A stretch of 32,000 nucleotides of DNA from Ignicoccus pacificus DSM 13166 (GTDB lineage: Archaea; Thermoproteota; Thermoprotei_A; Sulfolobales; Ignicoccaceae). The notes beneath the pieces are model-generated. The model was not told the origin of the DNA and made no database searches. It saw nothing but the letters and a program-made list of their open reading frames with translations. Both the position numbers and the translations under genes were made by a program. Where the stretch lies: NCBI GenBank assembly GCA_025340205.1, contig CP006868.1, positions 690,001 to 722,000 on the forward strand, in the 5' to 3' direction. This document shows positions 1-9,366 of this stretch, piece after piece; the stretch's first letter is position 1, and every line of letters starts with the position of its first letter.

Positions 1-17
1 TAGGTGTAGGGAATTTC

Positions 18-2675
18 GTGAAGACGCTCACCAACACGGTCACACTCTTCATCTCGACTACTATATACTCTACCATAACCTCAATAACCACTTCGACGTT
101 CATTAAGACCATAGTTAACACAGTAACTACTGTAATAACATCACTAATAACAACTACCAGCGTCCTAACCAAAACAGTAACGACCACCGTAACACAGTTG
201 AAATTCTTATTGGCTACAACCACCACTACGCTGCTTAAGACGGTAACTCAGACGCTGACCGAAACCTTGACCTCGATAGTGACTACTACGTTTAGCACTA
301 CCTTAACCAGTATCAGTACCATAGTAACAACAACAACTAAGGTCATAACAAGCGTCCTAACTAGCACAATAACGCACATACTCTCATTAGTAAAGACCAC
401 CACTCAGACGTTAATTAAATCAATAACCTACAGCACAACACTAACTTCATACATAACCAAGTTAAAGACGCTAACGTATTACATAACTAAGACTCTAACG
501 CTAACTAACAACATAACCACAACAAAGTTAGTCCCAGTAACTAGGATAGTGACAGCTACGTCTACGCTGACTAAGACCTTAACTCTGGTGAACACTACAA
601 CAGTAACTAACATGGTAAAGGTGATATCAAGTACCACTGTAGTGAAGCCAGTAACCGTAACGTCAGTAAAAACTGTATTAATGACGGTAACTACAACTAC
701 CCCAACGACGATAACAAGCGTGATCACCAAAACTTACTATTCTACTATAACCCAAACAGTTACCAATAACTTGACCATAACGAGGATAGTCCCAGTTACG
801 GAAACGCTCACATCCATAGTGACGAGGAACATAACTACCACCTTGACTAAAGTGCTGAAGTTTACCTATACTAGCACGGTTGAGAAGCCCGTCACCGTTT
901 ACTCGACTGTCAGCGCCTTAGTGACACTGCTCAAGACGATCTATAGTACCATAACCGAAGTAACTCCCGTTGCAGTAACCACTACAGTGACTAACGTACT
1001 TACTAAGGTGTTAACCAGTACCGTAACCACCACGTTTACCTCTATATCTAAGATAGTCAGCACCTTGGTCCTTCCAATTAAGAGCGTAATCACTAAGACA
1101 GTAACCAGCACTGTATTAATGCCCGTCACAAAGACTGTAGTAAGTAAAGAAATCGTCCCAGTAACGACCACAGTAATGGTTCCTAAGACGGTAACTTACA
1201 GTACTACCTACACTAAAGTCGTGATAGAGAATCGCACGAAGATAATTCCTGTAACGACCTCTACAGTATTGTACAAGACTCTGACGACAACTTACGTAAC
1301 CACTTCGACGGTGACTCAGGTTGTGCCATTAGTGGTAAGCACATCTAAGGAGATCACACTCACAAAGGTACTAAGAGTTACCTCCACCGTAACTAAGCTG
1401 ATAAGAGTACCAACGACCGTAACGTTCAAGACCACGATAATAAAGACGGTACAAGAGACGCTCACGAAGACCTTAGTAAGCACAATAACCTCAACCGTAC
1501 TCGTTCCAATGAAGTTAGTTACTACATTGATCAGCACAGTAAAGGTGACGGTATCCAAGGTCGGATTACTACCCATATTCAAGACAATCACAGAAACGAG
1601 CAGCACGACAGTAACTGTTACCACACCTACGACGTTGATGATAACAAGTACCAAGATTCTCTTCAAGACGCTTACCACAACAGTAGAGAAGTTAGTATCT
1701 GCAATTAGTACCGTAACGAAGACTATACTTAACGTCATAAAGCTTGTAGTGACAACGACTAACAACGTCGAAAGAGTAGTCCCAGTGATCAAGACTCAGA
1801 CTTACACGACGACCCTTACTACCTTCTCCACTATAAACGTAACCAAGACGATTACGTATACCAAACTCCTCACTACAACTCTCATTAGTCCCCTGACTCA
1901 GAGGGTAACCACTACCTTGACGTACACCTCAATAATAGTAGAGCCTATGCTAGTGCCAAAGACTAAGACATTAACCGTTACCAAGGTTCTGGTGAAGACG
2001 AGCGTTAAGAGCTCTACACTAACGTTGATAGTAAACATAACTCAAACGATCAGCAAGACCTTAACGAAGATAGTGCCTCTCACGTTAACCTTAACGCAGC
2101 CTCCGGTGACGTTAACCACTACCTTAACCAGACTACTAACCAATACCATAACGACAACTTACACTCAAACGGTGACGCAAGTCAAGGTAGTAACGGAGAC
2201 CGTTACTCACACTCTAACTTCAACGTTAACTACTACCTACACCACGATAATACCGATGATAGTGAAGCTCACCACTACAGTCTTTAACACAATAATAAAC
2301 GTATTAACAAGCACTGTAACTACCTTCTTCACCCTATCACTGTCAACCACCTACACCCAGAAGGTATTCATACCGGTGACGCATACGACTACCGTTACTA
2401 AGTTAAACGAGGTCTTAGTAACTACCACGACTACCTCTGTGCTCTACAAGGTAATATCAATAGTAAGCACTACTGTGAGCTTGGTAACTACAACAGTAAT
2501 AAGCACCGTGACGACCACTCTAACCAAGACAGCTACCACCACAGTCACGCTGGTGTCCAGTACGGTAGTGAAGCTGATAATGAATAACACTACAACTATT
2601 ACTAAGACACTGGTAAAGACAATAACCTCGATAATACCGGTGATAATAAACTTCTTCCAAGCTCTGCTGGGGTGA
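18..2675 (+). CDS. Thr/Val-rich low-complexity protein (885 aa in window), probably secreted or surface beta-rich; no family recognised
   Basis: A 2.66 kb frame stays open although TAA/TAG triplets are abundant in the other frames of this A/C/T-rich DNA. The protein is almost only T, V, I, L, K and S. I see no D, C or W and only two G. It has a recurrent (I/V)VPVT-like motif and many N-x-T/S sequons. GGTG at 3-6 could serve as an SD for GTG at 18, but the frame is also open to the window start. Confidence 0.6.
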   Translation: MKTLTNTVTLFISTTIYSTITSITTSTFIKTIVNTVTTVITSLITTTSVLTKTVTTTVTQLKFLLATTTTTLLKTVTQTLTETLTSIVTTTFSTTLTSISTIVTTTTKVITSVLTSTITHILSLVKTTTQTLIKSITYSTTLTSYITKLKTLTYYITKTLTLTNNITTTKLVPVTRIVTATSTLTKTLTLVNTTTVTNMVKVISSTTVVKPVTVTSVKTVLMTVTTTTPTTITSVITKTYYSTITQTVTNNLTITRIVPVTETLTSIVTRNITTTLTKVLKFTYTSTVEKPVTVYSTVSALVTLLKTIYSTITEVTPVAVTTTVTNVLTKVLTSTVTTTFTSISKIVSTLVLPIKSVITKTVTSTVLMPVTKTVVSKEIVPVTTTVMVPKTVTYSTTYTKVVIENRTKIIPVTTSTVLYKTLTTTYVTTSTVTQVVPLVVSTSKEITLTKVLRVTSTVTKLIRVPTTVTFKTTIIKTVQETLTKTLVSTITSTVLVPMKLVTTLISTVKVTVSKVGLLPIFKTITETSSTTVTVTTPTTLMITSTKILFKTLTTTVEKLVSAISTVTKTILNVIKLVVTTTNNVERVVPVIKTQTYTTTLTTFSTINVTKTITYTKLLTTTLISPLTQRVTTTLTYTSIIVEPMLVPKTKTLTVTKVLVKTSVKSSTLTLIVNITQTISKTLTKIVPLTLTLTQPPVTLTTTLTRLLTNTITTTYTQTVTQVKVVTETVTHTLTSTLTTTYTTIIPMIVKLTTTVFNTIINVLTSTVTTFFTLSLSTTYTQKVFIPVTHTTTVTKLNEVLVTTTTTSVLYKVISIVSTTVSLVTTTVISTVTTTLTKTATTTVTLVSSTVVKLIMNNTTTITKTLVKTITSIIPVIINFFQALLG

Positions 2676-2710
2676 TGAACTAGGTATATATTTTTCATAT
2701 CAAAGGAGTA

Positions 2711-2728
2711 GTTTATACATGTATAAAC
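2711..2728. promoter_or_regulatory. Perfect 18-bp palindrome GTTTATACATGTATAAAC containing TATA-like TTTATA on both strands, 32-49 nt upstream of the por operon ATG
   Basis: The sequence equals its own reverse complement. Its position fits an archaeal TATA box or operator for the gene starting at 2760. Confidence 0.4.
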
Positions 2729-2759
2729 CCCCTATGCTGTTTTGTAACGGGTTCACCCT

Positions 2760-3314
2760 ATGTCTTTAGTAGAGATAAGGTGGCATGGGAGGGGAGGACA
2801 AGGAGCGGTGACCGCGTCGGAGATTACTGCCATAGCTGCGATAGACCAAGGTAAGTACGCGCAAGCCTTCCCCTCCTTTGGTGTAGAGAGAAGAGGAGCT
2901 CCTGTGGAGGCGTTCACTCGAATCGATGATAAGCCGATATACATAAGGACCAAGGTGTACGAACCCGACATAATTGTAGTACTAGACCCAACTCTCTTAG
3001 GCCCTGAGATAGCGAGGGGCCTCAAGGAGAACGGCCTAGCTGTAGTCAACACTGACAAGAGCCCTGAGGAAGTTAAGAAGCTCCTAGGAAGGGATGACAT
3101 AAAGGTAGCCATCGTGGACGCTACTAAGATTGCCCTCGAGACCTTGAAGAGACCTATAGTAAACACCGCAATATTGGGTGCCTTCGTAAAGGCCAGTGGT
3201 CTGGTCGATCTTGACCACGTTTTGAAGGCTGTTAAATCCAAGGTGCCTCCAAGAACTGTGGAGGCGAACCTTGAAGCTGTTAGGAGAGCGTATGAGGAGG
3301 TGGTGATAGCATGA
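2760..3314 (+). CDS. porG: 2-oxoacid (pyruvate-type):ferredoxin oxidoreductase, gamma subunit
   Basis: N-terminus EIRWHGRGGQGAVTASE...FPSFGVERRGAP is the typical POR/VOR gamma signature. It is first in a gamma-delta-alpha-beta operon with 4-nt gene overlaps. Confidence 0.9.
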   Translation: MSLVEIRWHGRGGQGAVTASEITAIAAIDQGKYAQAFPSFGVERRGAPVEAFTRIDDKPIYIRTKVYEPDIIVVLDPTLLGPEIARGLKENGLAVVNTDKSPEEVKKLLGRDDIKVAIVDATKIALETLKRPIVNTAILGAFVKASGLVDLDHVLKAVKSKVPPRTVEANLEAVRRAYEEVVIA

Positions 3315-3610
3315 CCTTACCCGGTTGGAAGGAGCTACCCGAAGGAGCGGTCGTTAGGGAGCCAGGAAATACCGTTACCATAAGCACCGGCGAGTGGAGG
3401 GTCTTCAAGCCAGTAATAATCGACGAGAAGTGCACTAGGTGCAGGCTATGTTGGATCTACTGCCCCGATGGTACCATAATTGAGGTCGACGACCCCAACG
3501 CCCCTCTTGGCAAGAGGTACGAGGTGGACTACGAACACTGTAAGGGATGTGGTATTTGTTGGAAGGAGTGTCCGGTTAATGCTATAGAATGGGTACCTGA
3601 GGAGAGGTGA
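3311..3610 (+). CDS. porD: 2-oxoacid:ferredoxin oxidoreductase, delta subunit (2x[4Fe-4S] ferredoxin-like)
   Basis: Two Cys clusters, CTRCRLCWIYCP and CKGCGICWKECP. Size is 99 aa. ATGA-type overlap with the gamma gene. Confidence 0.9.
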   Translation: MTLPGWKELPEGAVVREPGNTVTISTGEWRVFKPVIIDEKCTRCRLCWIYCPDGTIIEVDDPNAPLGKRYEVDYEHCKGCGICWKECPVNAIEWVPEER

Positions 3611-4806
3611 TAACCATGGTGAAGATGGTTAGGAAGGCTCTAACCACCAACTACGCGGTAGCCCACGCCGCCAAGGACTCAGACGTCGACGTAATTGCCG
3701 CTTACCCGATTACGCCCTCTACTCCGGCTGCTGAGAAGCTAGCCGAGTACGTGGCAAACGGAGAGCTCGATGCAGAGTACGTCCACGTGGAGTCCGAGCA
3801 TTCCGCAGCCTCCGCCCTAGTAGGGGCCTCTGCAGTAGGGGCTAGGGCTTTCACGGTTACGGCCAGTCAAGGTCTAATCTACATGAGTGAGGTACTGTAC
3901 ATAGCATCCGGTCTGAGGCTCCCGATAGTACTGGGAGTTGCCTCCAGAGCTCTCTCCGCTCCCCTGAGCATCTGGGGCGACATGCACGATATAGCTCCAC
4001 TAAGGGATGCTGGTCTAATCATATACTTCGTGAGCTCCGCCCAAGAAGCCTATGACAGCGTAATCCAAGCGTTCAAGGTTGCTGAAGATCCCAGAGTTCA
4101 CCTACCGGCCATAGTCGATTACGATGGCTTCATAATGAGTCACGTAACCGAGCCCGTGGACGTAATCGACAGAGAGGACGTGCTGAAGTACATACCTAAG
4201 AAGGTCACTTGGAACACCCTAAATCCTAAGCAGCCGATAAGCATAGGTACCGTTGGAGATCCCGATTACTACTACGAGTTCAAGTACCAGCAGCAAGTTG
4301 CCATGGAGAACGCCGTAAAGGTCGCCGAGGAAGCTGATAAGGAGTTCGAGAAGATGTTCGGAAGAGGATATGGTCTGATAGAGGAGTACAGGATGGATGA
4401 CGCAGAAGTGGCTATGATAGCCTATGGCGCTCACGCTGGAACCGCTAGGGTAGCAGTAGACAAGGCTAGGGAGGAAGGAATCAAGGTAGGCCTGATCAAG
4501 CTAAGGCTGTGGAGGCCCTTCCCCACTGAGCACTTAATGAAAGCCTTAGAGAACGTAAGCGTAGTCGGCGTCTTGGACAGAGCTATGGCTCTGGGAGCTC
4601 CTAGGCAGGGCCCGGTAGTCAAGGACGTCATAAGCATGTATGCGAGCGATCCAAGCAAGGCACCGAAGGTAGCTAGTTACGCCCTAGCGATTGGCCAAAG
4701 AGACGTAAAGATAGAGGACCTCGTAGCTGTCGCCAAACAACTCGATGAGTTCGCCAAGGGTAAGGAGATACCCAACAAGACAATCTGTATAGGTCTGAGA
4801 GAGTGA
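3607..4806 (+). CDS. porA: 2-oxoacid:ferredoxin oxidoreductase, alpha subunit
   Basis: AAYPITPSTP...HVESEHSA...ASQGL motifs are typical of POR alpha. The start is ambiguous: GTG 3607, ATG 3616 or ATG 3625. Confidence 0.9.
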   Translation: MITMVKMVRKALTTNYAVAHAAKDSDVDVIAAYPITPSTPAAEKLAEYVANGELDAEYVHVESEHSAASALVGASAVGARAFTVTASQGLIYMSEVLYIASGLRLPIVLGVASRALSAPLSIWGDMHDIAPLRDAGLIIYFVSSAQEAYDSVIQAFKVAEDPRVHLPAIVDYDGFIMSHVTEPVDVIDREDVLKYIPKKVTWNTLNPKQPISIGTVGDPDYYYEFKYQQQVAMENAVKVAEEADKEFEKMFGRGYGLIEEYRMDDAEVAMIAYGAHAGTARVAVDKAREEGIKVGLIKLRLWRPFPTEHLMKALENVSVVGVLDRAMALGAPRQGPVVKDVISMYASDPSKAPKVASYALAIGQRDVKIEDLVAVAKQLDEFAKGKEIPNKTICIGLRE

Positions 4807-4842
4807 TTTTTGTTAAAGGAGTTATATTAAATAATCTAGGAG

Positions 4843-5832
4843 GTGATTGATATGGCGTTAAAGGAAGTAGGACCCATGGAGCCGATTAGGACCCACATGC
4901 AGATTCCAAGGGAGGAGCTCATAGCTCCCGGTCATTCAGCTTGCCAAGGTTGTGGTCACTTCATAATAGTGAGGCACTTACTGAAGGCAGCCGGACCTAA
5001 CACGATAGTGGTAAACCCCACAGGATGTCTAGAGGTAGTGACCACCGTCTTCCCCTACAGCAGCTGGAAGGTGCCGTGGATCCACGTCGCATTCGAGAAC
5101 GGCGGTTCGGTAGCCTCTGGAGTGGAGGCTGCCATCAAGAGCTTACAGAAGAAGGGTATCCTCCCTAAGGATGAGAGAATAAACGTGGTGGTCTTCGCCG
5201 GAGACGGAGGTACCGTTGACATAGGTTTCCAGAGCCTCTCGGGTATGTTCGAGAGAAGGCACAAGGTTGTCTACGTACTGCTCGACAACGAGGCCTACAT
5301 GAACACCGGTATACAGAGGTCCGGATCCACGCCCTACGGAGCTTGGACCACCACCACTCCGGTAGGGAAGAGATGGAAGGGAGAGTGGAGAGTTAGGAAG
5401 GACATGATGCAGATAGCGGTGGCTCACCATGTACCCTACGCCGCCACCATAAATCCAGCTTACCCAGTAGATATGTACAATAAGATGGTGAAGGCTCTGA
5501 AGGCCGAGGGACCCGCCTTCCTCCACGCCTACAGCCCGTGCCCGACCGGATGGAGGTTCGATCCCTCTCTAACCGTGGAAGTAGCGAGGATGGCCGTCCT
5601 AACCGGCTACTGGGTGCTGTACGAATATGATCATGGAAACTACAAGGTCACCGTACCTGTGCTGAAGAGGAAGCCGGTGAGGGAGTTCGTGAAGATGCAA
5701 GGCAGGTTCAGGCACATGACGGAAGAACAGATCAAGAAGCTACAAGAGATCATCGACGAGCAAGTAGAGCACATAAACAAGCTAGTAGGAAAGACTGTAA
5801 TTGGACCGGTAGTGGAAGAACAGAAGAAGTGA
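4843..5832 (+). CDS. porB: 2-oxoacid:ferredoxin oxidoreductase, beta subunit (TPP-binding)
   Basis: CxGCG at the N-terminus and the TPP motif GDGGTVDIGFQSL...LDNEAYMNTGIQ. The likely true start is ATG 4852, preceded by GGAGGTGA at 4839-4846. Confidence 0.9.
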   Translation: MIDMALKEVGPMEPIRTHMQIPREELIAPGHSACQGCGHFIIVRHLLKAAGPNTIVVNPTGCLEVVTTVFPYSSWKVPWIHVAFENGGSVASGVEAAIKSLQKKGILPKDERINVVVFAGDGGTVDIGFQSLSGMFERRHKVVYVLLDNEAYMNTGIQRSGSTPYGAWTTTTPVGKRWKGEWRVRKDMMQIAVAHHVPYAATINPAYPVDMYNKMVKALKAEGPAFLHAYSPCPTGWRFDPSLTVEVARMAVLTGYWVLYEYDHGNYKVTVPVLKRKPVREFVKMQGRFRHMTEEQIKKLQEIIDEQVEHINKLVGKTVIGPVVEEQKK

Positions 5833-5835
5833 CTT

Positions 5836-6882
5836 TTATGAGAACTCCTTCGGATCGCCCTTAATTATTTCTCTTAGCAAGGTCGTCGCGTAATATCCTT
5901 TAGGTAAGGTAAAGATCAAGAAAAGTCCCTCGGCACTCTTCCTAAGAACTACCTTGGCGTTATACTTTGGAGATCTTCGGAAGCTTCTTACCTTGAACTT
6001 CTTCAAACTCCTCTTTTCAATACCTTCCTCTTTAAAGTATTCCTTATAAAGATCATAAGTGTCATAGCCGGGCGTCCTGTTATACCACTTGAGGTCGGTT
6101 AGCGCCTTATTGTAAATATATGCTTGGAAGGCACCCAAGAAGATCTCGAACTGAGGGAGGGAGAGTAAGGCCTTTCTCGGAGGAAGGCCCTTAAGCAATG
6201 CCCTAGCCACTTTCCTCTCGATATTTAGATAGGGAGGGGCATCTAGGTAAGCTTTAGGACCCATTTCGTAATACAGTCTCCTTACCTCACGAGCCCTCTC
6301 AGACTCCCAAGGAGTTGGCTCACCTAAGAGTACGTTAATCGCCTCCTCCCACCTTCCTAACAACACCATCTTACCGACCACGTGAGTGATCGGTCTTCTA
6401 GTTCCGAACCTCTGGTAGGAGTATATTCCGGGAACGTCTTTCATTTCATCCAACGTTTCCTTGACATAACCCTCTATGTCACACTTAGATCTCAATCTTA
6501 TTATAAACAAGTTAGCCTTCAGATCGCCTCTCTTTACGCCGCCTTTTCCTATTTTCTTGAGGTAAAGACACTTGTTCTTCCTTTTCCATCTCCACTCACC
6601 GACGTCTACTTTTGACGAGACGTGCTGTACCGTTATCGCGTTAGAGTCCTTGAGACCTGACCAGACCCACCTTCCTCCTAACCCTTTCTCTATTTCCTCA
6701 ATGGCGTTAAAGGTATCCACGTTCTGCTTCAACAGTAGGTATAAGTTCTCATCAACGTCATACACCTTGGGTATTTCAATTACATGAAAGTCCTCAGGGC
6801 GTTGGAGCCAGATCCTACAGGGAGGTATGGTCGACGTGAAGAAACGCTTGAGTCCTATGTAAGCGTCTATTGGGTGAATCAT
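5836..6882 (-). CDS. truD: tRNA pseudouridine synthase D (TruD/Pus7 family)
   Basis: [11 protein letters not shown] (catalytic Asp motif) and [15 protein letters not shown] (FGxQRFG-like motif). Size is 348 aa. 4-nt overlap with rpl14e. Confidence 0.85.
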   Translation of the reverse strand: MIHPIDAYIGLKRFFTSTIPPCRIWLQRPEDFHVIEIPKVYDVDENLYLLLKQNVDTFNAIEEIEKGLGGRWVWSGLKDSNAITVQHVSSKVDVGEWRWKRKNKCLYLKKIGKGGVKRGDLKANLFIIRLRSKCDIEGYVKETLDEMKDVPGIYSYQRFGTRRPITHVVGKMVLLGRWEEAINVLLGEPTPWESERAREVRRLYYEMGPKAYLDAPPYLNIERKVARALLKGLPPRKALLSLPQFEIFLGAFQAYIYNKALTDLKWYNRTPGYDTYDLYKEYFKEEGIEKRSLKKFKVRSFRRSPKYNAKVVLRKSAEGLFLIFTLPKGYYATTLLREIIKGDPKEFS

Positions 6883-7190
6883 TGGTAGGCGGCTAGGGTT
6901 GGCGGAGTAGGTATTTGAAGCTTCACGGGCTCCTTCATGAACTCCTCTAGACCAGCCTGCTTGATGGCCTCGAGTACTTGCTCGTCGCTCGCTCCCTTCT
7001 CTATTTCTATCTTCTTGTCAAGAGGCTCTATGTGCTTTATGTTTACCCTCCTCCTCTTCACTCCAGTTAAGGACTTGGGGCCGGTTATTACGACGAACTT
7101 ATCATCCACCAACTCTACTATCACGCACTTCCTACCGGCTTCCCTACCAGCTATCTTCACGCAGATCCTTCCGACCTCGATTGCCGGCAC
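6879..7190 (-). CDS. rpl14e: 50S ribosomal protein L14e (eL14)
   Basis: [25 protein letters not shown]...[21 protein letters not shown] closely matches crenarchaeal L14e sequences as I remember them. Confidence 0.95.
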   Translation of the reverse strand: MPAIEVGRICVKIAGREAGRKCVIVELVDDKFVVITGPKSLTGVKRRRVNIKHIEPLDKKIEIEKGASDEQVLEAIKQAGLEEFMKEPVKLQIPTPPTLAAYQ

Positions 7191-7245
7191 TACTTCACAC
7201 CCCTCGTGCCTATCCTAGTCCAGTTTTTAAGGAGTCCGTGAGGGT

Positions 7246-8385
7246 GTGAAGCTCTCCTTGAAAAGGACTGGGGAGTGGGGGTATACAGGTGCTTATGAGT
7301 TGAATCTAGCGCTACTACTGATAGCGATACCATCAGTAATTTCCATCATAGCCTACTTCATACCGTCAGTAAGGGAAGGGAAGAGGATATTCTCTCCAAT
7401 GCCGGGAATGATAGCCTTGAGAATAGGACTAGAGGGAAGGTCGAGGAGGACCACGAGTAAGAGTACTATGTTCATCCTGAACTTGTTCATATTGCTATTC
7501 GCAGTTGCACTGGTATTCGGATATAAGATAATTATAGAGGCGCTGGTTTCAACCCTTCTCCCCAAGTCAGCAGCGAGGGGTCCTGTATTCGTTCCCATAA
7601 TACCGGGAGTGACCATTCCCCTTAATCAGATGGTTACCTTAGTGTGGATTATAGCGGTTAGCATTGCGTTACACGAGTTAGCTCACTACTGGAGTGCCGT
7701 GAGGCAGGGGATTAAGGTCAAGGGCGGTGGCATAGGTTGGTTCCTCTTCTTTCCCATAGCCTTCGTCGAGCCCGACGAGGAAGAACTCATGAGAGCACCA
7801 TTAATAGATAGAATTAGAGTCTACAGCGCCGGTCCAGCTACCAATATGGCACTAGCTCTACTCACTTTGCTTCTCATTCAATACAACACTCATCCGGGTA
7901 TCTACGTCGTTGGGGTAGAGAGGGGTTCGGTGGCTTGGAAGGTTGGCATAAAGCCAGGTGATGTTATAGTGGAAATCAACGGAGTAAAGGTAACGAGCTT
8001 GAAACAGCTTGGTTCTATTATAGAGAAGGCTGGGAGATTTGAGCTCGTAATAGATAGGAACGGAAAACTCATTCACTTGGAAGTCGTAAAGAAGAAGGGA
8101 AGGTTGGGCATTTACGTTACCCCTTGGGCCCCGAGCGGACTATTCAGATCCTTGCCCCCAGAGACAGTAATGGGATTAGTAATGACTTTGTTCTGGATGA
8201 ACGGCATTAACACAGGCTTAGCGGTAATTAATGCCTTACCTCTCTTCATAACTGATGGAGGAAAGGTCTTCTTAGATATAGGGTCGAGATTCAAGAAACT
8301 CGAAAAACCCTTAATGATACTACAAGCAGTAACGGTAATCATGGTAGTTGAGGTATTGATAAACTCTCTCATCATGCTGAGGTAG
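7246..8385 (+). CDS. M50-family site-2 protease-like membrane metalloprotease with PDZ domain
   Basis: HELAHY (HExxH) lies in a TM segment. PDZ-like GIKPGDVIVEINGVKVTSLKQL. C-terminal NALPLFITDGG (NxxPxxxxDG). Multiple hydrophobic helices. Confidence 0.85.
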   Translation: MKLSLKRTGEWGYTGAYELNLALLLIAIPSVISIIAYFIPSVREGKRIFSPMPGMIALRIGLEGRSRRTTSKSTMFILNLFILLFAVALVFGYKIIIEALVSTLLPKSAARGPVFVPIIPGVTIPLNQMVTLVWIIAVSIALHELAHYWSAVRQGIKVKGGGIGWFLFFPIAFVEPDEEELMRAPLIDRIRVYSAGPATNMALALLTLLLIQYNTHPGIYVVGVERGSVAWKVGIKPGDVIVEINGVKVTSLKQLGSIIEKAGRFELVIDRNGKLIHLEVVKKKGRLGIYVTPWAPSGLFRSLPPETVMGLVMTLFWMNGINTGLAVINALPLFITDGGKVFLDIGSRFKKLEKPLMILQAVTVIMVVEVLINSLIMLR

Positions 8386-9307
8386 CTTCTTCGTAGACCT
8401 TCTTTATTGCCTCGGCTGCCCTCTTCAGTCTGGCCCTCTCCTCAGGAGAGAGGATCTCTGGCATAGGCCTAGGCCTTCCGGTAATCACTGTCGGAACGGA
8501 TACCGCTACCCTTCCCACACCCTCTATGTTGTATCTCACAGAAACTGGAATTATCTTGGCCTCGTTCGCTAAATAGGATACTACTATCTCTTGAAATGTG
8601 GCAGCCGGTCCCCATATGGTCGCTCCTTGTTTAGCTATGATGCTCGCGGCTACCTCCTTCACGTACTCCTCTATCTGCTCATGACTGATGTTAAGCCCCT
8701 TCTCTTTAATGTATTCATCTATTTGTTGACCCTTTATGGTAACGGTGCTCCAGGCTACGAAGGCTTCCTCTCCGTGCTCTCCTACAACGTATCCATCTAC
8801 CGCCGCTATTGGCACGTTTAGGAGCTCGCTGACGGCTGCCCTGAACCTAAAAGTGTCTAGGCTTGTCCCCGTTCCCATAACGGTGCCCTTGTTACCTATA
8901 ATGTCATCGAGTACCATGGTCATAGCATCTACAGGGTTAGTTATCACGAGGTAGAAGGCTCCAGGATTTCTATCCCTTAGCTTGTCTCCTATGCTTCTTA
9001 TGATATCGGCGTTTACCTTGGCTAGGTCCCTTCTGCTCATTCCCGCCTTCCTAGGCTTCCCCGCCGTTATGACTATGGCATCAGCGTTCTCTATTTTCTC
9101 GATCTGATCATACGCCTCGACGTTTATACTTCTCCTAAACACAGCAGCAGCATGCTTGATGTCCTCCATTACTCCCTTGCTGAGGCCAGGTACTATGTCA
9201 ACTAGGGTCATTCTAGCGACTCCCGGAACTATGGCCATGGTATAAGCGAAGGCCGCTCCTACCCTTCCGGTACCCACGACGGCAACCTTGTAGGGGACAC
9301 GTGGCAC
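8372..9307 (-). CDS. mdh: Malate (LDH-like) dehydrogenase
   Basis: KVAVVGTGRVG Rossmann motif, ITAGKPRKAGMSRRDL, ITNPVD and GEHGE. GTG start preceded by GGTGA. Confidence 0.85.
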   Translation of the reverse strand: MPRVPYKVAVVGTGRVGAAFAYTMAIVPGVARMTLVDIVPGLSKGVMEDIKHAAAVFRRSINVEAYDQIEKIENADAIVITAGKPRKAGMSRRDLAKVNADIIRSIGDKLRDRNPGAFYLVITNPVDAMTMVLDDIIGNKGTVMGTGTSLDTFRFRAAVSELLNVPIAAVDGYVVGEHGEEAFVAWSTVTIKGQQIDEYIKEKGLNISHEQIEEYVKEVAASIIAKQGATIWGPAATFQEIVVSYLANEAKIIPVSVRYNIEGVGRVAVSVPTVITGRPRPMPEILSPEERARLKRAAEAIKKVYEEATSA

Positions 9308-9366
9308 TCTAGACTCACCACTAAGGTAGTAACTTAGGCAGATTAAACTAGTTTATGCTGTATATA

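Noticed and set aside
2674-2680. C/D-box sRNA candidates at GTGATGA (2674, also 11433) and ATGATGA (27548; minus strand at 9414-9420 and 8367-8373)
   Set aside because: No CUGA D box or internal C'/D' motifs occur at the expected 50-70 nt spacing. Most lie in start or stop-codon contexts that explain the sequence.
479-2698. Four antisense Val-rich ORFs (479-730, 941-1171, 1316-1792, 2444-2698) inside the Thr-rich gene
   Set aside because: They are the mirror image of ACN-rich codons: ACN read in reverse gives NGT, hence Val and Gly. They are short and fragmented, whereas the plus frame is open for 2.66 kb. This is a compositional artefact.
2753-3241. 162-aa minus-strand ORF opposite porG, and similar antisense or alternative-frame ORFs inside porA, porB, truD, rpl14e, S2P, mdh, the ABC genes, the RHH gene, feoB, HARP, lysX and carB
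   Set aside because: Each lies wholly within a gene that has clear family motifs on the other strand or frame. The products have no recognisable motifs and are low-complexity.
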